Origin: an uncultured Gammaproteobacteria bacterium
GTDB taxonomy: Bacteria; Patescibacteriota; Microgenomatia; Levybacterales; UBA12049
Direction of reading: 5' to 3'
Assembly: GCA_964610465.1 (NCBI GenBank)
Contig: CAZSWA010000005.1
Coordinates: 8,456 to 72,455, forward strand
DNA length: 64,000 nt
The position numbers were made by a program, and so were the translations under genes. Of the stretch, positions 1-11,700 are shown in pieces. The notes under the pieces are model-generated. The model worked only from the letters and a program-made list of their open reading frames with translations, searched no databases and had not been told where the DNA came from. Numbering within the stretch: position 1 is the first letter of the stretch; the number at the start of each line of letters is the position of its first letter.

Positions 1-4
1 AAGT

Positions 5-703
5 TTGGCTATGAATCAATCAGAGAAAGAAGCATATATGCAGTTGCATGACTCTCTTATGCAAGCTGGCCAACAAGGAGACCAAATTGCTTCGTCAATT
101 CTTTCTGTCACCGATAAAACTTCGATTACTGATATTACAAAGATAGAAGAGCAATTAAGAGAAGCAAAAGAAAAAGGTAATTCCAATGTGCAGGCAGTAC
201 TTGCTCAAACTGAAAGAAAAAAACCACTTAATCTTCCTAATTCCAACAGAATTCAAACAGTAAGCCTTGAGGATTATGAAGCAGTACGTAAAATGTGGGA
301 AGAAAATTATAAAACAGTTCCAGTTCCAGAAGGATGGAGTAATGATAAGAATGGAAGAAAAAGTTGGCTTAAGAAAGAAATTGAGAATATTATGGAAATA
401 ATTAACTTACTTATGTCCAGCGACCCGGAACAACAGGAAGAAGGTTTACGACGTGTACAACGTGTTTTGCCTTTCCTTATGCTTGGAGGTTTTTCAATTG
501 ATGAAATTGTTTCTTACCTGAAGTCAAAAATGGAAGCAGCTAAAGCAGTACTTACCATGCTTGAAGGAGAAGATAGCTCTGATGAAATGGTAGATGAGAA
601 AAATCATTCAGAAGTACCAAATACTATGACAATGTCCCAGGAAGTACCGGATACTACGTTACCTGAAAATACTATTTTGAACAAAAATGAGAATGAAAAA
701 TAA
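5..703 (+). CDS. Hypothetical helical protein, probably N-terminally cut by the window edge; carries one copy of the helical module repeated in the downstream Clp ATPase
   Basis: Frame is open to the window start. The segment EKEAYMQLHDSLMQAGQQGDQIA...QLREAKEKGN aligns by eye with two repeats in the C-terminus of 753..4130. Confidence 0.8.
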   Translation: MAMNQSEKEAYMQLHDSLMQAGQQGDQIASSILSVTDKTSITDITKIEEQLREAKEKGNSNVQAVLAQTERKKPLNLPNSNRIQTVSLEDYEAVRKMWEENYKTVPVPEGWSNDKNGRKSWLKKEIENIMEIINLLMSSDPEQQEEGLRRVQRVLPFLMLGGFSIDEIVSYLKSKMEAAKAVLTMLEGEDSSDEMVDEKNHSEVPNTMTMSQEVPDTTLPENTILNKNENEK

Positions 704-752
704 ATAGATATTGATGTTTCCTGTTTTTTAGTATTTAATAAATAATGAGTCT

Positions 753-3700
753 ATGTTAGGTAGCCTATTTAATCAAAAGAAAAATCCTTCACAACCGCAA
801 GGGGACACGCAACAAATGTCTCCTAATGGGCAACCATATGGACAAAATTCTCAACAATTTGAGAACAATCAATATGCAAATCAGCAATATCAAAATCAAC
901 AGTACCCAAATCAACCGTATCCAAACCAAAACCCACAATATATGCCACAACAAATGCAACCAATGCCAATGCAACAGCAGTCTATGCCAGGGAATAATCC
1001 TCAGACAAATGTAATTAGCTCAAGAATGAACCCTGTGATGCGGCAGAATTTATCTGCATTATCTCATCTTGATACACGTACTACTCAGGCACTTACTCAT
1101 GCACAGGAGGAGACAAGAAGAATTCGTCAGCAATTTATTGAACCTGAACAGCTTTTGTATGGATTATTGTATGATCAGCAAGTATTCAAACTTCTTGAAG
1201 ATTTTAATGTCGATGTGGCCAAACTTTCAAAAGAACTCCAAACCAAAGAGAGAATTGGAACCTTTATGGGGCAGCCGACTCTTAGCAAGACATCACAAGA
1301 AGTATTTGAACAAGCATACAGAGATACTAAAATGAGAGGACAAAGTTTTGTTGTTCCTGAGGATGTATTAGTAACTCTTTTTAACATTAATTTGACTACG
1401 GCAAGTTATCTTCAAGCACAAGGAGTGAAAAAAGAGCAAGTAGTTGAAAAACTTTCCAAAACAATATCTGCGACATACGGCAAAAAAAGCGCACTTGATA
1501 AATATGGTACTGATCTTACAGAACAGGCACGTCAAGGGAAACTTGATCCAGTTGCAGGACGGGATAAAGAACTTGATAGATTGATTCATATTTTACTTCG
1601 TAGAACTAAAAATAATCCTATTATTATAGGGGAGCCGGGAGTTGGGAAAACTGCAATAGTTGAAGGACTTGCAGAAAAGATAGTTTCAGGAAGTGTCCCA
1701 AAGGAGCTTCAGGATAAAAGAATTTTTCAGCTGGATATTTCTGCATTAGTTGCAGGAGCAAGCCATAGAGGTGAGTTTGAAGAGAGACTGAAAGAAGTAA
1801 TTACTGATACACTGGCATCAGCAGGGCACACGATTCTTTTTATTGATGAGATACATACAATTATTGGTACAGGTGACAATGAAGGCTCACTTGACGCATC
1901 AAATATTATAAAACCATATTTAGCCCGGGGACAATTGCAAATTATTGGTGCTACTACAACAACAGAATTTAGAAAGAAATTTGAGAAGGATAAAGCATTT
2001 GAGAGACGTTTCCAGTCAGTACAAGCTGATGAACCGAGTGAAGAGAGCGCAATTGAGATGCTGAAAATTTTAAAACCAAAATATGAAATATTTCATAAAG
2101 TAACTTTTCCAGATGATACCTTAGAGGCAGCAGTAAAACTTTCCAAAAAATATGTCGGAGAGAGATTTTTGCCAGATAAAGCAGTAGATCTTCTTGATGA
2201 AGCAGCATCAGAAGTAAAGCTACAAATCGCAGCTGGAAAACGGCAGGATAACGTAGTGAAAAAAACAGATATCGAAACAGTAGTTAGTACCTGGACTGGA
2301 ATTCCAATTACCAAGTTGACAGAGGATGAAAGTGAAAAGCTCTTACGTCTTGAAGAGCGTATTCACAAACGTCTTGTCGATCAGGAAGAAGCATGCGTTG
2401 CAGTGGCAGAAGCAGTAAGAAGAGGACGTATTGGGCTTGCCAGTGCCAATAGGCCAATTGCTTCTTTTGTGTTCTTAGGTCCGACAGGTGTGGGGAAAAC
2501 AGAACTTGCCAAGACGCTTGCTGAAATACTTTTTGGGAGAGATGATGCAATGGTGAGACTTGATATGAGTGAGTACATGGAGAAACATGAAGTGGCAAAA
2601 CTTATTGGAGCGCCTCCTGGATATGTGGGGTATGAAGAAGGAGGACAATTAACAGAGGCTGTACGGAAAAAACCCTATTCTATTGTACTACTTGATGAAA
2701 TAGAAAAAGCCCACCCTGATGTATTTAATCTTTTGTTGCAGTTATTAGAGGATGGGAGACTGACTGATAATAAAGGGAATACTATCTCGTTTAAAAATAC
2801 TATTGTAATTTGTACTTCTAATATCGGAAGTGCACTTATCCAACAAAGATTAAGCCTTGAAGATCCAAAAATCAAGAAAACTCCTGAGGAATATAATAAA
2901 ACTTTTAAAGAGCTTAACGATGTAGTCAAAGAAGAACTTATCAAATTTTTCAGACCAGAGCTTCTTAATCGTTTTGATGAGGTAGTTATTTTTAAACCTC
3001 TACGGCTTGAACATATGTATGGTATTGCCAAGTTTAGTATCAAAAAAACTGCAGGACTTCTTAAAGAACAAGGGTTTGATTTACAAATTACCGATAAAGC
3101 AATTGAAAAGTTGGCAAAAGATGGCTATGACCCTGTATATGGAGCACGTCCTTTACGTCGTCTTGTGCAAACTGCAGTAGAAAATCCTATCGCCCTTGAA
3201 ATTATTTCCAAGAAATTCGCAGTGGGTGATACTATTGTTATAGATTACGACGAGAATACCAACCAATTTATATTTTCAAAGCCCAACGAAGGGAAAGTAG
3301 CAGCAACAGAAAAATATGATGCACTCGTATATCGCACTGCATTCCGGAGAATAGCAAGTCCTATGGATGTGCAAAATCCAGCTGAGCACAAAATGCTCAC
3401 TGAGCTTCATGATAAACTTATGGCACAAAGTCAACAAAATAATCAAATTGCAGCAGCTATCCTTGCAATTACAGAGATGACCTCAGATGGTGATGTATTG
3501 CGGATGAAACAACAGCTTGAGCAAACAAAAGAACAAGGTGACCCGTTGGCAACAGAAATTCTTCAAACAGTTGAGCAAACAATCATCATGGAAGAATTGT
3601 GGAATCTCAAAGTAGTACTTATGCAGATGATAAATCCTTTGACTGTCTCGAAAGAAAATAAAGAAACGTACACAAAACTACATGATACCGTATTACAGTT

Positions 3701-4130
3701 GAGCCAACAAGGGAATCCACTTGCAGGCGTATTACTTGCTATCAATGAAACAACTCCAGATGCAGATTTACAAAATATAAAACAGCAATTAGAGGAAGCA
3801 AAAGATCAAGGAGATACTACTGCTATTACAATTTTAACTTTAGCAAATCCTTTCCATGATCCAAACGTCAAAGTATCACAACAAGAACAAGCTTCACAAA
3901 ATAATCAAAATCCCCAACCAGTACCACAACAAATGCAACCAATGCCTTCTGACCAAACATATCCTTTTGGTTTGGGTCAGCAAGATGCAAATGCTCCTGA
4001 AACGCCATCTCAAGGTGATATAAGACAACAAATGCCTTTTGATGAAAATAATCAGACAAACCAGCCAATACAAAATGGTATGGCAAATATTTCCTCTTCA
4101 AATGGTATGATGCAATCGGGAAATAATTAG
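753..4130 (+). CDS. Clp/Hsp100 class I AAA+ ATPase (ClpA/ClpC-like) with Q/N/P-rich N-terminus and long C-terminal extension
   Basis: Clp-N domain. D1: [36 protein letters not shown]2: [50 protein letters not shown]. No ClpB M-domain and no IGF/LGF loop visible. Confidence 0.93.
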   Translation: MLGSLFNQKKNPSQPQGDTQQMSPNGQPYGQNSQQFENNQYANQQYQNQQYPNQPYPNQNPQYMPQQMQPMPMQQQSMPGNNPQTNVISSRMNPVMRQNLSALSHLDTRTTQALTHAQEETRRIRQQFIEPEQLLYGLLYDQQVFKLLEDFNVDVAKLSKELQTKERIGTFMGQPTLSKTSQEVFEQAYRDTKMRGQSFVVPEDVLVTLFNINLTTASYLQAQGVKKEQVVEKLSKTISATYGKKSALDKYGTDLTEQARQGKLDPVAGRDKELDRLIHILLRRTKNNPIIIGEPGVGKTAIVEGLAEKIVSGSVPKELQDKRIFQLDISALVAGASHRGEFEERLKEVITDTLASAGHTILFIDEIHTIIGTGDNEGSLDASNIIKPYLARGQLQIIGATTTTEFRKKFEKDKAFERRFQSVQADEPSEESAIEMLKILKPKYEIFHKVTFPDDTLEAAVKLSKKYVGERFLPDKAVDLLDEAASEVKLQIAAGKRQDNVVKKTDIETVVSTWTGIPITKLTEDESEKLLRLEERIHKRLVDQEEACVAVAEAVRRGRIGLASANRPIASFVFLGPTGVGKTELAKTLAEILFGRDDAMVRLDMSEYMEKHEVAKLIGAPPGYVGYEEGGQLTEAVRKKPYSIVLLDEIEKAHPDVFNLLLQLLEDGRLTDNKGNTISFKNTIVICTSNIGSALIQQRLSLEDPKIKKTPEEYNKTFKELNDVVKEELIKFFRPELLNRFDEVVIFKPLRLEHMYGIAKFSIKKTAGLLKEQGFDLQITDKAIEKLAKDGYDPVYGARPLRRLVQTAVENPIALEIISKKFAVGDTIVIDYDENTNQFIFSKPNEGKVAATEKYDALVYRTAFRRIASPMDVQNPAEHKMLTELHDKLMAQSQQNNQIAAAILAITEMTSDGDVLRMKQQLEQTKEQGDPLATEILQTVEQTIIMEELWNLKVVLMQMINPLTVSKENKETYTKLHDTVLQLSQQGNPLAGVLLAINETTPDADLQNIKQQLEEAKDQGDTTAITILTLANPFHDPNVKVSQQEQASQNNQNPQPVPQQMQPMPSDQTYPFGLGQQDANAPETPSQGDIRQQMPFDENNQTNQPIQNGMANISSSNGMMQSGNN

Positions 4131-4190
4131 TACTGATTGTATATGATGGTAATTGACACATATTCTTTTTTCTACTAATGTAGAAAGAGA

Positions 4191-5924
4191 ATGGAAGAGG
4201 TGAAAGAGAAAACAACTCCAGCGGAAAAATTCTTTTGGCTGTATTTTAAAAATAATAGAAAAGAAATTTCTCTAGGTGTTTTACTTCTATTTATATTGCT
4301 GTTTTTCATTCTTATCTTTTTTAGTAGAATACATAAGAAATCAACAAGTATTCCTGCACAACCAATACCAACACCTGCACAGACTTCAGAGAAAGTGCCA
4401 GGACAAATTTTGGTTAAATTCAAACGTGCAGTACCCGAGGCAGTTATAGCAGAACACTTACAAGTATATAACGCATCTGTTTCAGGAACGATTAAGGATA
4501 TTGGAGTAAGTATAGTACAGGTACCAAAAGGGCAAGAAGATGCTATACTTACTGCGCTTTCACATGATGCAATTGTTCAATATGTGGAAGCGGATTATTA
4601 TTCCCATGCATTCGCATTTCCAAATGATCCCTATTTCTCAAATCAGTGGGGACTTCATAATACTGCACAAGCCATACAAGGAAAAACAGGAGCATCAAAT
4701 GATGACATTCATGCAGTTGATGCATGGAATGTGACACAAGGTGATGGAATAAAAGTTGCGATTCTTGATACAGGTATTAATCAAAATCATCCTGACTTAG
4801 CATCAAAAATTGTACTACAAAAAATATTTTATACGAATTCTCTTGAAGATAACTTTGGACATGGAACGCATGTTGCCGGTATTATCTCAGCAGTAACCAA
4901 TAATTCTCAAGGAGTTGCAGGTGTTTGTCCAAATTGCCAGCTTATGATTGGGAGAGTATTGGATGATAATGGTAGCGGGCCAACTTCAAATATCGCCACA
5001 GGAGTAACATGGGCTGCAGACAATGGCGCCAAAGTCATCAATATTAGTGCTGGAGATACTGTTTTTGTACAAGCACTTGCAGATGCAATAACATATGCGT
5101 GGAATAAAGGCGTAGTAATTACCGCTGCAGCAGGTAATTCGAACACAACACAAAAATTTTATCCTGCTGCCTATCCTAATGTGATAGCAGTTGCCGCAAC
5201 CGATAATAATGATACAAAAGCGTCTTTTTCAAACTATGGAAGTTGGGTATTAGTAGCTGCTCCTGGAAGTAATATCTTTTCAACTCTTCCTGATCATACA
5301 TATAATATGCAAAAAATGAGCACTCTCAATTTAAATTATGATTATCTTTCTGGTACTTCAATGGCAAGTCCATTTGTTGCAGGTGCTGCTGCATTAGTTT
5401 GGGCATCGCCGTATGGCACATCAAATACAGCAGTCGTACAAAGACTTGAGAATACCGCAGATAAGATAACAGGAACTGGTACCTACTGGAAATATGGACG
5501 AATAAATGTGGCAAATGCAGTAGGTTTTAGTGTAACTACACCAACTGTACAGCCTTTAACTCCACCAACGTCTACTCCTACTCAACAACCAAAACAAACA
5601 ATTGCACCAACTATTCCTCATGTAACACCAACTCCTACCTTGCCTTTTGCAACTCCTACTTTTTATTGCGCTGGGGGAGTAAATTGCCTACCATCAACTA
5701 TTCCATCTCCTACTGTTCCAGTTATCCAAAATACTCCTCGCCCAACTCAAGTTTTTCAAAACGGAACTCCTACTTCAGTGATTACATTTGGAGTACCTAC
5801 TAATGTTCCAGGTATTTTAGGAGGAAGAAATCATGGTGGAAACAATAATAACTTCCAGCGACTTCGAAACTTTCTTATGCAGCTTGTTAAGCTACTCTTA
5901 AAAATGCTTTTTCCATTCTTCTAA
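4191..5924 (+). CDS. Subtilisin-like S8 serine protease (thermitase-like) with N-terminal membrane anchor and Pro/Thr-rich C-terminal tail
   Basis: Catalytic triad motifs ILDTG, HGTHVAG and GTSMASP; oxyanion motif AAAGN; hydrophobic N-terminal helix; prodomain-like segment; PT-rich tail. Confidence 0.93.
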   Translation: MEEVKEKTTPAEKFFWLYFKNNRKEISLGVLLLFILLFFILIFFSRIHKKSTSIPAQPIPTPAQTSEKVPGQILVKFKRAVPEAVIAEHLQVYNASVSGTIKDIGVSIVQVPKGQEDAILTALSHDAIVQYVEADYYSHAFAFPNDPYFSNQWGLHNTAQAIQGKTGASNDDIHAVDAWNVTQGDGIKVAILDTGINQNHPDLASKIVLQKIFYTNSLEDNFGHGTHVAGIISAVTNNSQGVAGVCPNCQLMIGRVLDDNGSGPTSNIATGVTWAADNGAKVINISAGDTVFVQALADAITYAWNKGVVITAAAGNSNTTQKFYPAAYPNVIAVAATDNNDTKASFSNYGSWVLVAAPGSNIFSTLPDHTYNMQKMSTLNLNYDYLSGTSMASPFVAGAAALVWASPYGTSNTAVVQRLENTADKITGTGTYWKYGRINVANAVGFSVTTPTVQPLTPPTSTPTQQPKQTIAPTIPHVTPTPTLPFATPTFYCAGGVNCLPSTIPSPTVPVIQNTPRPTQVFQNGTPTSVITFGVPTNVPGILGGRNHGGNNNNFQRLRNFLMQLVKLLLKMLFPFF

Positions 5925-5987
5925 GAACAACCTTATTTGTAATTTATATTTAAACTTTCTATACTAAAACTATACTCAAAAAAAATT

Positions 5988-6326
5988 ATGAGAGAATATA
6001 TGTTACTTCCTGGAGCATTTTTAAAATTTTGGTTTATTGAAGCGCCTTTGATAATGATAAAGTTTTTCGTATCTCTTAATCAAGCATTTTTCCAATTATT
6101 TTCCTTGTCATTATTTTTAAAAACTTTTTTTAAACCTCTTAAGAATGAATATCGGCCTGGTTTAGTACGGTTTTCAATTATCATGGGCATTGTAGTAAAA
6201 ACTGTATTTATTCTAGTTGACTTACTTTTATTTTCTTTATTACTTAGTGTTGAGCTAATAAGCCTCATTGTGTTTCTCATTTTCCCATTCGTATCTTTGA
6301 TTTTATTGATAATGCCAAACATATGA
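5988..6326 (+). CDS. Small hydrophobic membrane protein coupled to the downstream Clp ATPase
   Basis: 112 aa, mostly hydrophobic; ATGA stop/start overlap with 6323. Confidence 0.75.
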   Translation: MREYMLLPGAFLKFWFIEAPLIMIKFFVSLNQAFFQLFSLSLFLKTFFKPLKNEYRPGLVRFSIIMGIVVKTVFILVDLLLFSLLLSVELISLIVFLIFPFVSLILLIMPNI

Positions 6327-8719
6327 TCACGTATGCCAGACTCTATCATTTCTACCGCACTGCAACACTCCGCAGTATAAGGCTATTAGTATTCTTTCTT
6401 TTACTTTTTGTAATAGTCAATGTAATATCAAGAGGTTTATTTCCTCGGTTTCCTCTTTTTTTGTTAAACCTTTTTATTATGAGTGAAATTTTTTTTCGTT
6501 TTAAAATCGCGCGAACTACACCATATATAAAAGTAACTGCGAATAAAGGAGAAAATCCGCTCATTTCTTTTAGTATGAATGCTCTTTATACGTACTTAGT
6601 GAATCAAAAGTCGTCATCCATTATTGCAAAGCTTATGAGTAATTCTCAAGTTCGTGCAATATTTGAGAAAGCAAATATTCAGGAGAAAGAGTTGTCTCTT
6701 CTTGACTATGAAAAAAATCTACTGGCAAAGACGGCATTTGATGTGGCAAGAAATAGAAATGGCCAATTTGTAACTACAATGGATTTGATAACTGCGTATC
6801 TTCTTGATACAGAAGGACAAACAAAACTACTCTTTAATAAGAAACTCAAGTCAGAAGAATTATATGCTATTTTGCATTGGGCAAGCAAGAATTTTCCTGA
6901 TGAAGAAATGCCCAAGCAGATAGCAATCCATTTATATGGTTCAGGAATTGGTGAATTTCTCACCACCGGATGGACTCCTGAAACAGAGAAATATACTCGT
7001 GAAGCAATATCAGGAGAAAAACCTCTTCTTATTGGCCGTGAAGGAGAATTTAAATCTCTTACTGATACATTATTGAAACCTGAAAACAACAATGTGTTAT
7101 TAGTAGGTGAACAAGGAGTTGGAAAAGAGACACTTGTACAAGCGCTTGCATATTATAGCATTGATAATGCTCTCTCTGCAAAATTAAATGATAAAAAAAT
7201 ACTCGAATTTCTCGTTGGACCATTTATTGCAGGCGCAAAGGAGAGAGGCGAATTGGAAGAACGATTACAGGCAATACTTGCTGAGCTTTCTCATTCAGGA
7301 CAGGTCATTATCTATATTCCTGAATTTCAAAATATTATTGGTGCATCGTCTTACAATCTTGATATTTCAGGAGCACTGCTTCCTTATCTTCATGATGGCA
7401 ATGTGCTTATTATTGCTACTATGACAAACGGGAATTACAAGAATTACATGGAGAAAAATCCCTTAAAGGAAGTATTTGGCATAATTGAATTGAGAGAACC
7501 TGATACACATACTGCATTACAAATGGTGTTTGAAAAAGCATCTGAGATAGAAAAGAAAACAGGTGTTATCCTGAGTTATCGCGCACTCGTTGCTGCAGTT
7601 GAATTTGCCAACCGCTACTTTCAGGATACTGTACTTCCAGGCAGTGCAATCTCACTTCTTGAAGATGTAGCAGCTAGTACTGCAGTATCAGGCAGCAGTC
7701 AGTATGGGAGTTCTCATCGAAAAATCGTTTTGGAGGAAGATGTCACTCGTAAAATAGAAGAGAAAATGCATGTCGCTATTTCAGCTCCTACTGGACAGGA
7801 AAAAGACTTACTCCTTCATCTAGAAGACAAATTACATGAACGGGTTATTGATCAAGTGGATGCAATTACTGCAATAGCAGAAGCAATGCGAAGAGTACGT
7901 TCCGGTATGATAACCTCAACACGGCCCATTTCATTTCTTTTCTTAGGTCCAACAGGTGTTGGGAAAACTGAAACTGCAAAGGCTTTGGCTGATTTATATT
8001 ATGGAGGAGAAAAAAATATGCTACGGCTTGATATGAGTGAATATGGAGACGAAGAGGGAGTAAAAAGACTTTTGGGTGCTGCACCTGGTGAAGGACGAGA
8101 ACGGGGAGAATTAACCGACAAAATTGCTGATAATCCTTCTTCTTTGGTGCTTCTTGATGAATTTGAAAAAGCACACCCTAAGATACTTGATCTTTTTTTA
8201 CAAGTTCTAGAAGATGGAAGACTTACTGATAATAAAGGACGAACAGTATCATTTATCAATACTATTATTATTGCAACATCCAATGCTGGAGCAGAATTCA
8301 TAAGAGAAGAAATCGAGAAGGGAACGCCAATTGATAAAAATTTCCAGCATAGGCTTTTTGAATATATACAATCCAAACTTATCTTCAAACCTGAACTTCT
8401 CAATAGATTTGATGATGTAGTTACTTTCAAGCCCTTGGGTGAAACAGAAGTCACACAAATAGTAAAACTTATGCTCAATAGCATCAGTAAAGCATTATAT
8501 GAACAGGATATTGATGTCGTATTTACTGACAAAGTTATTGCCAAAATTGCCAAAGAAGGATCTGATAAGGAATTTGGCGCTCGACCTCTTAGGCGTTATA
8601 TTCAGGATACAATCGAAGACGTATTGGCAAAGAAGAAACTTGCAGAAGAAATAAAGAGAGGAAACAGAGTATCTCTGACAACTGATGAAAATAATAACTT
8701 ACAGGTAGTTATTAGCTAA
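6323..8719 (+). CDS. Membrane-anchored Clp/Hsp100-family AAA+ ATPase with degenerate first ATPase domain
   Basis: Two N-terminal hydrophobic helices. D1 has GEQGVGKE, with Walker B changed to IYIPEF. D2 is intact: [42 protein letters not shown]. Confidence 0.9.
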   Translation: MITYARLYHFYRTATLRSIRLLVFFLLLFVIVNVISRGLFPRFPLFLLNLFIMSEIFFRFKIARTTPYIKVTANKGENPLISFSMNALYTYLVNQKSSSIIAKLMSNSQVRAIFEKANIQEKELSLLDYEKNLLAKTAFDVARNRNGQFVTTMDLITAYLLDTEGQTKLLFNKKLKSEELYAILHWASKNFPDEEMPKQIAIHLYGSGIGEFLTTGWTPETEKYTREAISGEKPLLIGREGEFKSLTDTLLKPENNNVLLVGEQGVGKETLVQALAYYSIDNALSAKLNDKKILEFLVGPFIAGAKERGELEERLQAILAELSHSGQVIIYIPEFQNIIGASSYNLDISGALLPYLHDGNVLIIATMTNGNYKNYMEKNPLKEVFGIIELREPDTHTALQMVFEKASEIEKKTGVILSYRALVAAVEFANRYFQDTVLPGSAISLLEDVAASTAVSGSSQYGSSHRKIVLEEDVTRKIEEKMHVAISAPTGQEKDLLLHLEDKLHERVIDQVDAITAIAEAMRRVRSGMITSTRPISFLFLGPTGVGKTETAKALADLYYGGEKNMLRLDMSEYGDEEGVKRLLGAAPGEGRERGELTDKIADNPSSLVLLDEFEKAHPKILDLFLQVLEDGRLTDNKGRTVSFINTIIIATSNAGAEFIREEIEKGTPIDKNFQHRLFEYIQSKLIFKPELLNRFDDVVTFKPLGETEVTQIVKLMLNSISKALYEQDIDVVFTDKVIAKIAKEGSDKEFGARPLRRYIQDTIEDVLAKKKLAEEIKRGNRVSLTTDENNNLQVVIS

Positions 8720-8769
8720 CGAAGAAATATTCCATCTACGAGCTATCTATGTTAGTCTATAAATAGGAT

Positions 8770-11700
8770 ATGAAAATAAGGAAAATTTTGCTTTTCATTA
8801 TCATAAGTTCTGTTCTCTTGTTTGTTTCAGAAATTTTTTCCCCTTCACAAGTAGTAGCACAAACGATAACCCCGACATCTACTTCCAGTTCAACATATAC
8901 TATAACAGGAAATTTTTTCTACGATACTAATGGAGATTTAAAGAAAGATAATGGAGAGGTGAATACGAACTATATAGATGTAGCCGGATGTAATAATGGA
9001 ACTCTTTCCTATACTACTCCAGGACAATACAGGATAAGTATAATAGGCGGAGGAACGTGTACCATCAATTACGGAAGTATTACATCGCCACCTGCCGGGT
9101 ATCAGATTACTTATCCTTCCGGAAATCCTCATAGTTTTACGGTAACTATTGGTTCTACCTGTAACGTGGATGGAACAACAGGAGGAACATGTAGTGGAGG
9201 AAATATCAGTAATCTTAATATTCCTCTTGGTGCTACTGCTGCACCTACGCTAACACCTACTCCTACATCAGTTCCCGCTACCTATAAAATTTCAGGTACT
9301 GTATTTGTGGATGCAAATAATGATGGAAAATTGGATAATGGAGAAAGTCCCTACAAAGCAAGCACTATTACTATTTCTCTTTCCGGTCCTGTAAATACAT
9401 TTACTACGACCGCAAATGGTGCATATACCTTCTCAAATTTACCTATAGGAACCTATACGCTAACTATGACGGTACCGGCAGGATATAATACAACTTCTGT
9501 TAATCCAGCAACAGTAACGGTGAACGCTAATGCAACGCAAAATTTTGGAGTTAGTAGTAATGTATGTACTGCGGGTAGTGGAGCTTCCGAGGTTATGCTT
9601 ATGTTTGATCATTCACAAAGTATGGCAGATAAAGACCCTGCAACAGGCAATACTAAAATAAGTGAAGCAATAAAAGCAGCACAAACATTTCTTAATCTGC
9701 TCAATCAAAATAATCCTGGGGTAAAAGTAGGTCTTATTGAATTTGCTGCCGCAGATAACTACCCCAATCTTGCTGATACCTCGGTTGTTGTGCCTCTCAT
9801 TCAACTCTCGAGTAACTATTCAAATCTTTCTAATGCTGTGAATCAAATGAAGATTGCATCAACACAGGGTACCTGTTTTGACTGTGCGGTTGATCTTCTC
9901 AACAAAGAACTGAAAGCCAATAGCACTCCCTCTGCAAAACATTTAGCAATTCTTCTCACAGACGGGAAGGCGAATGAAGATATTGCAAATGGTACCAATA
10001 ATGTCGATCCTACCACTGCAGAAAACGCTGCTATGAATTTAGTCAATTATGGTGATAATAATTTAAACATAGATTATTATACTGTTGGGGTTGGGAATGG
10101 GAATAATATCGACCCTGCATTTCTTCAGCAGATTGCAAACTCAACCGGTGGTCAATACTTTAACGATCCAACCAATGGTGATTTAACTTCTATTTACACA
10201 CAAATTGCCGGTAAACTAAATACTGCAGCAATTAAAGGTATGGTATATAAAGATGCCAATAATGATGGCAAGTACGACACAGGTGATACTCCACTGCAAG
10301 GATGGACAGTGCAAAATACTGGACCTTCAGGTAAGCAAACAGCAACAAGTGATAACAATGGCAAATTTTCATTTGGCAATCTCTGTATTGGACAATATAC
10401 TACTCAGGAGACTCTTCAGTCCGGGTGGATACAAACCCAACCGCAAAATCCCAATTTCTGGACTACGCTAGTAACGAGCGGAAATTCATTTAATAATATC
10501 AATTTTGGAAATTTACAAGGATATACTGTTTTAGGAAGTGTATTTGTAGATGTAAATAAAAATACTACTAAAGATAGTGGAGAACCAAATTACACAGGAT
10601 TACCTATACAGATTAACACGAGTGCTCCAGGAGCAACTGTGAGTTACCCAAGTCCTGGTACATTTAAAATAAGCGGAATAACTACAATTAGTGCACCAAT
10701 TAGTGTACAGTTTACAAACGCTTCTACAATACTGAATACAGGGTACCAAATGATTTACCCGTTAGGTACGCCTCCAGCTTTTTCTGTTACTGTAGGTCCG
10801 TCATGTAATATCAAGAGTGTATCAAACGGAGCACAATGTGACGCATCAGGCAATATCTCAAATCTCAATTTTGCTATCAGTAATTCATATCCTTGGATGC
10901 AATCTTCTGATTTAAATATCCGTGATGATTTCGGATTTAGTGACAATATCTCTTCTACTTCTTTGTGCACCGATTATACCTCAAAACCTGATGCATCATC
11001 AGCGAATCCCGGATATCCAGGAATAATTTTTTCTGGGCAAGTAAATGCGTTCTTCTGGCAGGGCAAGGCATCAAAAAAAAATTGGATAGTGGGAAGTTCA
11101 CTTTACCCTGAGGTATTCCAGAGTAGCAGTAATTTAAAAACAGAATACGATTATTTGCTCTCTACTATTAAGAATTCTGGAGCAACTATTACTGATTTTA
11201 CTGCGATTACTGATGCAAGTGGGAATCATACATGTAATAATCTTTCGAATTGTTCATTACCACCTAATCTGGCTCCAGGAGTGTATCAGGCATCAGGAGA
11301 TGTAATACTTACCGGGAGTGGGAGTCCTGTAGCCTATACGTTTTCTGCCAATAACGGACACTATATATTTCTCGTCAATGGAAACATAACGATAAAGGAA
11401 CGAATTGTTACCCCCAATGGGACCAATGCAATATTTTCATCGGCTGGTAATATTATCATTGATAAAACAGTTGGTGCTTCAAGTTTAACTTGCAATGATT
11501 CTCCGGGAGAAATTCAAGGAATTTATAGTGCTGATAACCAATTTATTGTCGATGGCTATCATGATTGTGTTACTCCTCAAGTTGATAGTATATTGACGAT
11601 TGAAGGAACAGTTATTGCCAACGCTGCAAGACAAAATACCCAAGAATCATTCATCTTTAACAATAGAGACTTGTGTGGTAATGACCCAAGTTATCCTGTT

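Noticed and set aside
2460-8420. DNA similarity between the two Clp D2 domains (e.g. ttcttaggtcc.acaggtgt.gg.aaaac) as possible gene conversion
   Set aside because: Matches are short, limited to universally conserved motifs and interrupted at synonymous sites.
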